Shown here in pieces: positions 18,910-28,929 of a DNA stretch of 64,000 nucleotides (position 1 is its first letter; each line of letters starts with the position of its first letter). Made by a program: the position numbers and the translations under genes. The notes beneath the pieces were generated by a model. That model was not told the DNA's origin, did not search any database, and saw only the letters and a list, made by a program, of their open reading frames with translations. Origin of the DNA: Anaerolineae bacterium. Its GTDB lineage: Bacteria; Chloroflexota; Anaerolineae; UBA1429. The stretch spans positions 576,001-640,000 of the forward strand of contig OY776562.1 in NCBI GenBank assembly GCA_963675785.1, written 5' to 3'.

Positions 18910-20604
18910 ATGGGGACCGTCAGACGTCTCGAAACGCAGACAGAAGCGTTTTGGCGTGATGAGTACCAGGTCTCAGCTGCTGATGAGGACTTGCTCGCCT
19001 CCATGATTCTAGAGGCAGTTCATCCCCAACCCATTCTTGTTCTTGCGGCGGGGATCATCAAGCGGCGGCTCGAGTCTGAGCGTGATCAAGTGGCCCAGCG
19101 CGCCCGTATGGGCAACGTGTACCAACCCTCTGGCCGCTTTAATGTAGGGGATCAGCTCGTCTTTACAGGGCGCGATTTTGTGACCGGGACCGTGGTATCC
19201 AAGCGCCCGGGTGAGAATCCACTCTATGGTGCTTTTGAGGTCATCCGCGTTGTCTTTGATGAGGGAGCAGAAGTTGAATTTGCTTCCGGTTTGGATATCA
19301 CCCATCCGCTTAATCGCCCCGTCGAAGAGCTTTTGGGTGGGGGAGACCCCAATGTTTCTGATGCCAGCGTCGTAGTTATGGCGGCGAAAGAGGTTTCAGA
19401 AAAACTGCAGGATTATTTGGTTTCGAATTCGGATTTCGTCGAATTCGATGGGAGTTGGTTCTTGCGTGAATTGTTGCCTGAGATCAGCGAAGGCCACCTG
19501 AACTTGGCTGAGGCTGTTTTGGATATAGCCGGGGTGCCTATGTCTGCTGCTGAGGTTCTTTCGCAGATTGGCCTTTCTGCTGGTGGTACGCCGGAAGCAC
19601 AGGCCTTTGCCTTGAATGCGGCGCTTGAAGAGGATGGACGTTTTGACAATGTCAGCCTCTCGCAGGATCCGTTGTGGTATCTACGGGCTCACGAACCCGC
19701 CAGCCTCTTTGAGGATTCTATTATCACAGCTAATGCGATCCGAGCTGCTGGTTCCGAGTATTTGGGCGTAACCATGCTGGATGTAGTGGAAGCGATATGT
19801 GACGAGATGGATAATGTGCCATCAGTCATCATTCAGGAAGTCTCTTCATATTCCTGCATTCTTCCTTTCTACCATGTGGTCTCCGGTACATTGCCGGTTC
19901 CCAACCCCATACTGCGGCAGATGCCAGAGACAACAAATGATCACTATGCGGTTACCATTGTGGATGGTAAGACGTCCAAAGAGATAACAGCCTGGATGGT
20001 GCCAGGTCGCGGGGTCATCGCCGGATTGGATGACTGGTTTGAAGCGAATGGTGTGGTTATCGGAACAATCGTTCAGATTGAATTGGGAGATAATCCCCGC
20101 AAGATGACCTTGTCTGTAACCAAGGCAAAATCTTCTCGCGCCAAGTGGACTCGTACTGCGACTATTGTAGACGGCGGCGTGGATGTTCAAATGAGCCCAG
20201 CCACGTCACAAATCAAAGTTGAAGTCGATCCTGAGGTTTATATTGATACGAGCGATCGAGGTTCGATGGTGGCTCTATTGCTGGAAAACAGCGTCAAAGC
20301 TGCTTCCTTCTCTAAACTGCTGCGCAAGGCTTTTTCCGAGCTCGCCGGGCTATCTGGACGCGGCTTGGTACATTCCCGTGCGCTGTATTCCGTGCTGAAC
20401 CTGCAGCGCCGCTGTGGGGCGGTTCCTGTGTTTGCTGAATTGACGCGGTGTGCTTGCTTTGACCCGGTGGGAGATGGTTTCTGGGCCTACGACGCCTCAC
20501 TTGAGGGCCAGATCTACAAGACGGTCGATGATATGCGCGAGCGTCCCTTGTCAACACGCGATGATCGTGTTAAGGATCAGGCAGTACCCTACCTCGGACG
20601 CTAG
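18910..20604 (+). CDS. Hypothetical multidomain protein (putative winged-helix repeats and beta-barrel, possibly nucleic-acid binding)
   Basis: 564-aa ORF with GAGGGG RBS; domain calls are by-eye inference. Confidence 0.75.
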   Translation: MGTVRRLETQTEAFWRDEYQVSAADEDLLASMILEAVHPQPILVLAAGIIKRRLESERDQVAQRARMGNVYQPSGRFNVGDQLVFTGRDFVTGTVVSKRPGENPLYGAFEVIRVVFDEGAEVEFASGLDITHPLNRPVEELLGGGDPNVSDASVVVMAAKEVSEKLQDYLVSNSDFVEFDGSWFLRELLPEISEGHLNLAEAVLDIAGVPMSAAEVLSQIGLSAGGTPEAQAFALNAALEEDGRFDNVSLSQDPLWYLRAHEPASLFEDSIITANAIRAAGSEYLGVTMLDVVEAICDEMDNVPSVIIQEVSSYSCILPFYHVVSGTLPVPNPILRQMPETTNDHYAVTIVDGKTSKEITAWMVPGRGVIAGLDDWFEANGVVIGTIVQIELGDNPRKMTLSVTKAKSSRAKWTRTATIVDGGVDVQMSPATSQIKVEVDPEVYIDTSDRGSMVALLLENSVKAASFSKLLRKAFSELAGLSGRGLVHSRALYSVLNLQRRCGAVPVFAELTRCACFDPVGDGFWAYDASLEGQIYKTVDDMRERPLSTRDDRVKDQAVPYLGR

Positions 20605-20615
20605 AGAGGAGCGCT

Positions 20616-21038
20616 ATGGCTGGTTGGTTTCGCCCCACAATGGATACAAAATTCCATATTGACATGAACTGGTGGGATGAGCAAGGCTTGGATTTCCGGT
20701 TCTACCTTCGCGAGACATTGTGTGAAGAGCACCGCCAGGAATATGCTCGTTTCGATTCCGTCGGCGAGATCGACTGGGTAGATGACGAGACGGGTCAGGT
20801 ACAGCGTGTTGATGCGCTCTGGCATACTTTGCGGACTTGCTGTAGTCTAAAGCAGGACTATATCACGCCCAATACCACGTTGGTTGACGGTGTTTTTCGC
20901 ACTCTGCTGGCCAATGGCAACAAGCCCATGAGCATGAGAGAACTTTATGAGCTGCTTGACAGACGGCCGCCCGAGACGTTTTTGCGCGTTTTTACAAGCG
21001 GCAAAGTCTATATGGGCATCCGCCCCGTTATGGACTAG
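20616..21038 (+). CDS. Hypothetical protein with Cys/His cluster and HARE-HTH-like C-terminus
   Basis: 140 aa, AGGAG RBS, 11 bp after the previous gene; LCEEH, TCCS, VFRTLLANGNKPMSMRELY. Confidence 0.75.
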   Translation: MAGWFRPTMDTKFHIDMNWWDEQGLDFRFYLRETLCEEHRQEYARFDSVGEIDWVDDETGQVQRVDALWHTLRTCCSLKQDYITPNTTLVDGVFRTLLANGNKPMSMRELYELLDRRPPETFLRVFTSGKVYMGIRPVMD

Positions 21039-21113
21039 GTTCGACGCTCTGGCGCACCATGTGCAGCTCTTTGAGTCTGGCATATGGTGCGCTTTTTTCT
21101 TTGGAGAGGCTGC

Positions 21114-23702
21114 ATGGCAACTGAGCATTGCGTTCAACCCCGCACCAGGCAATGGCGATCCATTCTTCTTGGCGTATGCGGGGGGCTGGCGATCATTGCC
21201 CTGCTCGTTTACTTTTGGCCGATTCTCTTTGGTGGCGAGCTGTATTACCCCGGCGATACTGCCAGGCAATACCTGCCTTCACGCGTCGAACTCGTACAGG
21301 CTCTGAGCGATAGAGCATTCCCCTGGTGGACGTCCAATATCGGCGCGGGTTATCCGTTGCTGGCTGAGGGCGAAACCGGTGCTATGTATCCTTTTCATTG
21401 GCTTGTGATTCTGCTTTTTTCCGCTGGCGCGAGTGTAACAGCCTCTATCCTTCTGCATACGATCATCGCCCTGTTGGGCATGTGGTTTTTTTTGCGGTCT
21501 GAAGGGATATCTCCGCTCAGTTCACTTGTTGGCGCCATGGTTGTTGGATTTGGCGGTTTCTACATCGCCCACATCAGCCATTTGAGCCTGTATTGCACGG
21601 CGGTTTGGCTCCCCTGGTTGCTTTGGCTCATCACAAAATGTTTTGGCGAACATCGTGGTGGGGCACGCATAGCCCTTGGCGTTGTCGTTGCCCTACAGTT
21701 CTACGCTGGGCATGCACAGGCTTCATTGTTGTCGGCGGGTCTGTGTGCGGCTTGGGTGCTCTATTGCTGGGCGCGCAATGGCTGGAAAACAGGTTTACGT
21801 GGGGTAGTGGGGATTTCTCTGGCGGTGGTTGGCGGAACTGCTGTTGCTTTGCCCCAGTTGCTGCCCACCTTACAACTCAGCCAGCTTTCAGAACGGGCTG
21901 GCGGTGTCAGCGCGGACTTTTTCACCAGTTATTCATTCCACCCCGGCATGATTCTGACATTGCTCCATCCCTTTGTCTTGGGCAACCCCTATCCTACAGG
22001 TTCTGTCGAAGTCATGGGCTATGTAGGATTGTTCACTCTATTTGCTGCAGGCAGCGCCCTCTTCTGTGGACGATCTGCCAGCCGCTGGTTCTGGTTGGCC
22101 GTGGCCCTGGTTGGTCTGTTTCTGGCATTGGGTGAATACAACCCTCTTTATACTATTTTGCTCCGTATCCCCGTTCTCAACATGTTTCGTGTGCCAGCGC
22201 GCTACCTCATGTGGACTACCGTCTCTCTGGCAGTACTTGCCGCACAGGGATGTGACAGCTTGCTTCAGCCCTCTCGTCGTTGGAAAGAACATCTCCAACT
22301 CCCTGTCATCATCACTGCTCTTGTGGTTTTGGCCAGCTCTGGAGTGATTGCGATACCCTTGACGGCATCGTCAACCGATGCACTGGTTAGCGAGTGGCCC
22401 TGGATTGCCATCCTGATGTTCTTTGCGTCTGCATCTGTTGTTTGGCTCATTCGGGTGTGGGGGCAAAGAGGTATTCTTGTGGCTTGTCTGGTGCTTTTTG
22501 CCGATTTATATGCCTATGGAACTGTTTTGGGTGGAGGCTTTAATGCCACGGTGCCTGCCGCTGAAATTGATGAGACCCTGCAGACAGAGGCCTTTCTGGA
22601 CGAGCAGCCCGGTTTGTTTCGAGTGATGACCAAAGAAGAGATATTGCCGGCCCTGTCGGTGCAGCGCGAATCGCTCTACCCTAATATGGCCTTGGGCACC
22701 GACATTGATAGTGCCAATATCTATATGCCGCTTGTACCGAGCGCTTATAGCGAATATCTCGTAGAACTAGATGCAACCGCCCTGAACCAGCTAAATGTCG
22801 GCTATTTCATCATTCCGCAGCTCTTGCCCGTTGATGCACAAAGTGAACTCTATGATGTGCAAGACCCTTTTTCCGATATTCCTTACAACGAATGGCTCTC
22901 GGTTTCCGGGACGACGGCCAATAGTCTAATCATCGAATCCTACCTTTCGCATTCGGTGGACATCCCTACGGGTACACCTGTCGCTGTTATCGAATTGGAA
23001 TTGGTGGATGGCACTGTGCGCGAGTTTGAACTCCTCGCGGGCGTTCATACTTCTGAATGGGCCTATGCCCGCTCGGATGTGCAGGAGAATATTCTCCATG
23101 ACATGGCGCAGATTTACTCTGCCTTTGAGGCACGTTCCGGGTACCCAGCGGAAGATCACTCGGGGTATACCTATAGAGCAGAGTTTGCCCTGGAGGGACT
23201 TGAGGAGATAGCAAGCATTCGCATCACGCCGCTGCTCGCAGAGGCCTATGTACGTATCGAATCGCTCTCATTCGTGCAGGATGATGGAACCTCAGCGTCA
23301 TTAGAGCATCTTATTGGCATGGCAGAACACAGCATCGTGTACCGAAGCGAAGATGCGCTGGTTTACAAAAACTTGGACGCCTGGCCGCGGGCATACACCA
23401 TATCTGCCGACCTCATCCATGGTGATATTGAGAGTGTCTCTTTAACTGGTAATACAGTGGATGATTTGGCCGAGGCTGTAGTGGTGGACTATAGCGACAT
23501 GCGTGCTGAGTTTGCGGTAAATTGCGAAAGTGATTGCCTGTTTGTATTGGCTGATATGGAGTATCCCGGTTGGCAGGCCAGTGTTGATGGTGAGCTACAA
23601 GAAACAATTGTTGTAGAAGGCCTTTACCGTGGTTTGTGGCTTAAAGCCGGCTATCACAACATCATTTACAGCTACGAGTTTGCATATCCGGGTGTAAACT
23701 GA
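21114..23702 (+). CDS. YfhO-family GT-C membrane glycosyltransferase
   Basis: FPWWTSNIGAGYPLLAE..MYP, FRVPARY, C-terminal YPGWQASVDG; many TM helices. Confidence 0.85.
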   Translation: MATEHCVQPRTRQWRSILLGVCGGLAIIALLVYFWPILFGGELYYPGDTARQYLPSRVELVQALSDRAFPWWTSNIGAGYPLLAEGETGAMYPFHWLVILLFSAGASVTASILLHTIIALLGMWFFLRSEGISPLSSLVGAMVVGFGGFYIAHISHLSLYCTAVWLPWLLWLITKCFGEHRGGARIALGVVVALQFYAGHAQASLLSAGLCAAWVLYCWARNGWKTGLRGVVGISLAVVGGTAVALPQLLPTLQLSQLSERAGGVSADFFTSYSFHPGMILTLLHPFVLGNPYPTGSVEVMGYVGLFTLFAAGSALFCGRSASRWFWLAVALVGLFLALGEYNPLYTILLRIPVLNMFRVPARYLMWTTVSLAVLAAQGCDSLLQPSRRWKEHLQLPVIITALVVLASSGVIAIPLTASSTDALVSEWPWIAILMFFASASVVWLIRVWGQRGILVACLVLFADLYAYGTVLGGGFNATVPAAEIDETLQTEAFLDEQPGLFRVMTKEEILPALSVQRESLYPNMALGTDIDSANIYMPLVPSAYSEYLVELDATALNQLNVGYFIIPQLLPVDAQSELYDVQDPFSDIPYNEWLSVSGTTANSLIIESYLSHSVDIPTGTPVAVIELELVDGTVREFELLAGVHTSEWAYARSDVQENILHDMAQIYSAFEARSGYPAEDHSGYTYRAEFALEGLEEIASIRITPLLAEAYVRIESLSFVQDDGTSASLEHLIGMAEHSIVYRSEDALVYKNLDAWPRAYTISADLIHGDIESVSLTGNTVDDLAEAVVVDYSDMRAEFAVNCESDCLFVLADMEYPGWQASVDGELQETIVVEGLYRGLWLKAGYHNIIYSYEFAYPGVN

Positions 23703-23790
23703 GGTCTGTAGCCGTAGACGCCGCCATAACCTCGTTGTATAATGAACCTAGTAGTGACTAATCGGGCAAAGCGTGCCATAGGAGGGCCCA

Positions 23791-24576
23791 ATGAAAGTTT
23801 TTAACAAAATTGTCGTTGTCATCGATGTCATCGCCATGATTGCCCTATTGGTGATTATGCTGTTATCACCGTTGCAAGTTATTGACTTTGCCCAGTACAA
23901 CCTTGGGTTGCTGGCTGAGTCTCTGACGAGCAATCCGTTCTGGACATGGTATGTTGTAGGCAGCATCGTCGCCGCTGTTATTCTCTTGGTCATCTTCTTT
24001 ATGGAGATATGGCCTCGCAAGCGCAAGTCAGTTCGAATTCGCGCCCAAGGTCGCGGCAATGCCCGCATCAGCCTCAAATCGGTACAGCAGACGCTAGAGT
24101 ATCGCATCAGTGAACTTGAAGGCGTGAACAGTGTCATGCCAACGTTTAGAACGCGTGGTAAGGATGTTGGGGTAACGCTTGCCGTCGATGCCGCTCCGGG
24201 TGTCAACGTTCCCGCCCTTAGTGATCAAATCATCGATCTCTCTGTAAGAATCCTCGAAGGCGAATTGGGCCTCAAGCTCAGAGGTCGCATGAATCTGGAT
24301 ATCAACAGTGCTCCGGTCAGAGCTGGCGGCGTGTCTATGCGTCAGCCAGTTGCTCCTGCTGTTGCCAGCCCCCCAGAATCCAGGCCAGTTGTCATGCCCT
24401 CAGCCAAGCCAGAGGCTATTGTCACGCCAACTTATGCTGCTTCTGCCCCCCAACCCACCAAGGCCGAGACGAATGCCTATCTCGATTCGCTGTCGGCACC
24501 CAAAGCGACATCTGCAGAGCCTTCCAAAGTGACGTTGGGTGAAGAAAAACCAGAAACCGACGACAAAAAAGAGTAA
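23791..24576 (+). CDS. AmaP-like alkaline shock response membrane anchor (Asp23-like domain)
   Basis: Two N-terminal TM helices, GNARISLKSV Asp23-like region, Pro/Ala-rich tail. Confidence 0.65.
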   Translation: MKVFNKIVVVIDVIAMIALLVIMLLSPLQVIDFAQYNLGLLAESLTSNPFWTWYVVGSIVAAVILLVIFFMEIWPRKRKSVRIRAQGRGNARISLKSVQQTLEYRISELEGVNSVMPTFRTRGKDVGVTLAVDAAPGVNVPALSDQIIDLSVRILEGELGLKLRGRMNLDINSAPVRAGGVSMRQPVAPAVASPPESRPVVMPSAKPEAIVTPTYAASAPQPTKAETNAYLDSLSAPKATSAEPSKVTLGEEKPETDDKKE

Positions 24577-24745
24577 CGCCTTTCGCCTGGTTTGGTCCTT
24601 CTGAATTGAATCTCGCCGCATTTCTGGCTGTGTTTGCGCAGCATATGAATGCGGCGAGGTAAGTTTCGCCCCAGACTGACTCTTTTGTATAATGCCCTTT
24701 CGTGTTTTCAAAGGCCCGTTCTGATTGACGAACAACAAAGAGGAG

Positions 24746-25309
24746 ATGAGCAGCGTGGGTGAAGTGTGTCTGGAGCACGCCGTTGAGGCAGTGCTTTTTG
24801 TTGCGGATGGCCCGGTTAGCATCGATGCATTGTCTGGCGCTTTGCAGTGTGAGCGCGAGCAGGCGGAAGAGGCCGTCAAAGCACTGGTTCAATCTACGGC
24901 AGAGCGTGGCGTCCGAGTTGTCCGTTCTGGCGACAATGTTCAGATGGTAACTTCACCTCAAGTGACTGAGGTGATCGAACGTTTTCTCGGCACTGATCTC
25001 TCAAGCAAGCTATCTCCTGCTGCTCTCGAAACTCTGGCGATCATTGCTTACAGGCAACCTGTTACGCGCACTGATGTTGAGGCTGTTCGTGGTGTAAATA
25101 GTTCTGGCGTTATCCGTACGCTCATCGCCAAAGAGTTGATCGAAGTGCAAGGACGCCTGGAGCAGGTGGGGCGCCCAGAGGTTTTGGGTACGACGTTCCA
25201 GTTTATGCAGTACTTTGGCATTTCTACACTCGATGAATTGCCAGATATTGAGGCATTAAGCAAACCTGGCACCGATATTGACAGTGCCAGGTTATCAGAT
25301 CAAGCCTAG
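24746..25309 (+). CDS. scpB: SMC-Scp complex subunit ScpB
   Basis: EAVLFV, LSPAALETLAIIAYRQPVTR..IRGVNS-like, GRP..GTT..F; start could be GTG 24755. Confidence 0.95.
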   Translation: MSSVGEVCLEHAVEAVLFVADGPVSIDALSGALQCEREQAEEAVKALVQSTAERGVRVVRSGDNVQMVTSPQVTEVIERFLGTDLSSKLSPAALETLAIIAYRQPVTRTDVEAVRGVNSSGVIRTLIAKELIEVQGRLEQVGRPEVLGTTFQFMQYFGISTLDELPDIEALSKPGTDIDSARLSDQA

Positions 25310-25329
25310 TATTGGGATGAGGGGATGAC

Positions 25330-28300
25330 CTAATTCTTGAGGGCCATCTGCTCCAGCTGTTCGGGCGGCAAATCCAGCGAAAGGCATTGTGAGACGCCTC
25401 GCTCTGCCATCGAGATGCCATGAATGGTAGTGGCGGCCTCAATTGTGCGGCGGTTATGGCTGATAACTAAGAACTGGGTATTATCGGCATGTTCTAGTAG
25501 CAGCTTGCGAAAACGCTGCACATTGGCCTCATCGAGCGCAGCATCTACCTCATCCAGGCAGCAGAACGGCACCGGATTCGCACTGAGCAAAGCGAAAACA
25601 AGAGCAACAGCGGTCAGTGCCCGCTCACCACCAGACAGCAGCGACAGCTGCTGTGTTTTTTTGCCAGGCGGATGGGCGATGATGTCAACGCCTGTTTCTG
25701 CAATATCGTCGGGATTGGTCAATATAAGCTTGGCATTTCCCCCGCCAAAGAGGGCGGTAAAGTATTTGCCAAAGTTCTTGTCCACAAGCCGAACCGTCTC
25801 TCCAAAATCTTGCTGGATGACATCGTCCAACTCATCGATGACTTCATACAGGGTGGCAATGGCTCCGCGCAAATCCTGGGCCTGGGATTCCAAGAAGGTT
25901 TGCCGCTGAAGTGTTTCTTCGTATTCTTCGGGTGCATCGGGGTTGATATTGCCCAGCCGTTTGATGCGCACACGTAACGCCCGGATCTGATCTGAAAGAC
26001 CTTGTGGTGCCGTTTCGACGACGGGTAGTTCAATAACTTTGTCACTCAAGCTGAGGTGCAACTGCTGCACGGTGCTGCCCGGAAGGTGCACTGGACCGAG
26101 ATCTGCTTCGATGTCCTCCGCTAAGGCATCGACCGCATCCTGGGCACGATCTCGCTCCAAATGAGTTTGATTGTAGCGCAGCTCGGCATCGTGCAGGCGA
26201 TCCATCCGTTGGGAGCGCAGAGTTTCCATTTCGCGGCGCTTGGTTTCTAACTCGGCCAGTTCAGTGCGCGCTGGTTCGAGTGCTGATAGCACATGCGCGG
26301 CGTTTTCCTGGTGTGTGGCCAAGCGCTCGTGCGCTGCAGTTGTCGCTTCTCCAAGTGCTGTCTGCTCTGCGTGGAGTGAGTTTAGCCGTTCCGTTTTGGC
26401 AGAATGTTCTTCAAGTATCTGTCTCATATTCTGTTCATGGCTTGAGAGCAGGGCATTCTGGCTTTCGATAGTTCTCTTGGCTACGGCTGCGTGTGTTTCC
26501 ATTTCAGCAACGCGGGCACGCAGGCCCTCGTCATCCTGGGTTGAAAGCATATTCTGCACTTGTTCAAGTTCTTGGATATGCTTGACTCTTGATGCTTCCA
26601 GGCTTTCAAGCTCGCTCGAAAAATGCGCTCGTTTGTCCGCAAGGTTACCCAGCTCTTTTTCAGCTTGAACAAGGCGATTTTGGTGCCAGTTGTGGTCGCG
26701 CACAGCCTCACGGATATCGGCTTCACATTCGCCTACCGTTTGTCTCTGCCTGTTGGCTTGATCGCGCAGGGAGCGTATTTGCTCTTCAAGTGACAGAAGC
26801 TGATTGTTAGCTTCATCTAAGGCACTTTGCCGAGCCCGTACCTGCTCGGATGCTTCGTTGATGTCGGCATCGATCTGCTCAATGGCTGCAGGCAGATTCC
26901 GCCATTCGCGTTCTTGAGCCAAGAAATTGGTGCGCTTTTTACGAGCGCCGCCGCTTACTGCGCCTGTGGGCTGAACTGTCTCGCCGCCCAGCGTCACAAT
27001 GAGCGAAGCACCAGTGCGCTGCCGAAGCAGATTTCTTGCAGTGGTCAGGTCATCGACTATAACAACACGCCCCAATAAAAGACTGGCGATGGGTTCCAAT
27101 TCTGCATCATAAGATACGAGGTCTTTGGCGACGCCGACGATGCCGCGTTCTGCCTGAATGCGCAGGTCTGAGCGTGCTTTGACAGTATCGAGCGGCAAAA
27201 AGGTAGCCCAACCTGCACCAGATCGCTTGAGTTCGGCAATTGCTGCCTCGGCATCGGCCCAGGTGTCAGCCACGATGTTCTCCAGGCGAGAGCCCATGGC
27301 AGCTTCGATAGCCTGCTCATATCGTGAAGGGACAGCGATGAGATTGGCAACAGTGCCCCTAAGCCCCTTGAGCCCCGATTCTGCACCGAGAATGTGACGA
27401 ACGCCGGGGTTGTAGCCGGTCATCTCATCACGCAGTCTGCCAAGCAGATCGTAGCGCGAAACGAGCTGGTCTTTATGTTTTTCCTGCGCGGTGAGGCTTC
27501 CCTGAGCTTCGCGCAGTTCCTGACGCAGTTCATCGAGTCGGGTTTCGACCTTGGATCTGCTTGCCAGGGCGTTGTTGTACTGCTCTGTTGTCTCGGCCAG
27601 CTCTGCACGCAGTTGGTCGAGTTTTTCTTCTAGCTCGGTCTCACGTCGTGCAATCTGGGCAATAGATGAATGAGCCGTGGTGCAATCACGGCTTGATGCT
27701 TCTTGTTGTTCGTCGAGCTGTTCAAGCCGCGCATGGTTCTGCGAAATATCGTGATTGGTTCTTGTTAGCTGGCGTTCGAGCTCGTTAGCCTGCTTTTCCA
27801 GGCGGGAACGCTGCCTGTCCAACTCGACGAGTTCGCTGCGGGCGGCCCCCAGCACACGCTGGCTTTCCTCGAAGGATGCAGTATAACGTGCTAGCTCTGC
27901 ACGAGAGGCATCAATTTCCGTCTGAAGCGCATTGCGTCGTGTTTCTAGGCCGTCTATATCCGCTTGCAGGCCGGTTTTCTGTTGCTCGTAAAGGCGCGCT
28001 CTTTCTTGATTGATGGCAATCTCACGCGAGAACATCTCGGCGCGTTCTTGTAGGGCCGTTGCGCGCGAGGCCAGTTCGTCGATATGGCGCCGCTGCTCGT
28101 CTTGTTTTTCTTGTAGTCTGGCCAGTTCATCACGAGCTTCTGTGGAATGCGTCTGCTGAAGTTCGAGCTGGTTTTGCGCCCGCTCCAGTCTCTCCTGGGT
28201 TTGCGAAAGATTTTGTTGCCTCACCCGCCATTGATAGCCGTACCATATACGTTGAAGCTCTTCCAGATCTTGCTGCAATAGGCGATAGGCTTCTGCACGT

Positions 28301-28929
28301 TCGGCCTGTCGGGCAAGGCGTCTGGCACGTGGTTCCAATTCTTGAAGAATATCCTGTGCGCGTTCGAGGTTTTGCTCTGTCTCGGCGATTCGTGAAAGGG
28401 ATTGCTCTCGTTTGCGCAGATGCGGTGTAATACCGGCGGCTTCTTCAAAAAGGGCTCGACGAGCTTCGGGGCGCAAAGACAAGGCGGCATCTACCATGCC
28501 CTGCCCAATGACGGTATAGGAACTTCTTGCAAGGCCGGCCTTTTCCAGCACATCAAGGATGTCGCGATAGCGCACCTTGTTGCCGTTGAGCAAATATTCG
28601 TTCTCGCCAGAACGATGCGCCCGCCTTCCGATGACCACCTCGGTGAATTCCAACGGAATGAGGCCATCGCTGTTATCCAGCACGATGAGCACCTCGGCCA
28701 GGCCCATGCGTGCGCGCGAGCCCGTTCCAGAAAAGATCATGTCGCCTGTTGTTTTGGCGCGTAATGAACGGTAACTCTGTTCGCCAAACACCCAGCGTAT
28801 AGCATCGGCGATATTACTCTTACCGCTTCCGTTGGGGCCAATGATAGCGGTAATACCCTCTCCGAATTCGAATACGGTGCGGGTTGCAAAGCTCTTAAAG
28901 CCGTACAGTTCCAGTCGTTTCAGCCGCAT
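25330..28929 (-). CDS. smc: Chromosome segregation protein SMC
   Basis: GFKSF, GPNGSGKSN, hinge GWATFLPL/GGA, LSGGE, LDEVDAALD. Confidence 0.98.
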   Translation of the reverse strand: MRLKRLELYGFKSFATRTVFEFGEGITAIIGPNGSGKSNIADAIRWVFGEQSYRSLRAKTTGDMIFSGTGSRARMGLAEVLIVLDNSDGLIPLEFTEVVIGRRAHRSGENEYLLNGNKVRYRDILDVLEKAGLARSSYTVIGQGMVDAALSLRPEARRALFEEAAGITPHLRKREQSLSRIAETEQNLERAQDILQELEPRARRLARQAERAEAYRLLQQDLEELQRIWYGYQWRVRQQNLSQTQERLERAQNQLELQQTHSTEARDELARLQEKQDEQRRHIDELASRATALQERAEMFSREIAINQERARLYEQQKTGLQADIDGLETRRNALQTEIDASRAELARYTASFEESQRVLGAARSELVELDRQRSRLEKQANELERQLTRTNHDISQNHARLEQLDEQQEASSRDCTTAHSSIAQIARRETELEEKLDQLRAELAETTEQYNNALASRSKVETRLDELRQELREAQGSLTAQEKHKDQLVSRYDLLGRLRDEMTGYNPGVRHILGAESGLKGLRGTVANLIAVPSRYEQAIEAAMGSRLENIVADTWADAEAAIAELKRSGAGWATFLPLDTVKARSDLRIQAERGIVGVAKDLVSYDAELEPIASLLLGRVVIVDDLTTARNLLRQRTGASLIVTLGGETVQPTGAVSGGARKKRTNFLAQEREWRNLPAAIEQIDADINEASEQVRARQSALDEANNQLLSLEEQIRSLRDQANRQRQTVGECEADIREAVRDHNWHQNRLVQAEKELGNLADKRAHFSSELESLEASRVKHIQELEQVQNMLSTQDDEGLRARVAEMETHAAVAKRTIESQNALLSSHEQNMRQILEEHSAKTERLNSLHAEQTALGEATTAAHERLATHQENAAHVLSALEPARTELAELETKRREMETLRSQRMDRLHDAELRYNQTHLERDRAQDAVDALAEDIEADLGPVHLPGSTVQQLHLSLSDKVIELPVVETAPQGLSDQIRALRVRIKRLGNINPDAPEEYEETLQRQTFLESQAQDLRGAIATLYEVIDELDDVIQQDFGETVRLVDKNFGKYFTALFGGGNAKLILTNPDDIAETGVDIIAHPPGKKTQQLSLLSGGERALTAVALVFALLSANPVPFCCLDEVDAALDEANVQRFRKLLLEHADNTQFLVISHNRRTIEAATTIHGISMAERGVSQCLSLDLPPEQLEQMALKN

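Noticed and set aside
18764-21038. tRNA-Val as an integration site for a genomic island
   Set aside because: No integrase, no repeat of the tRNA 3' end noticed, and no compositional shift apparent by eye
24612-24659. Hairpin CTCGCCGCATT...AATGCGGCGAG as a riboswitch or REP element
   Set aside because: Single copy with no riboswitch consensus; probably a terminator or stabilising stem
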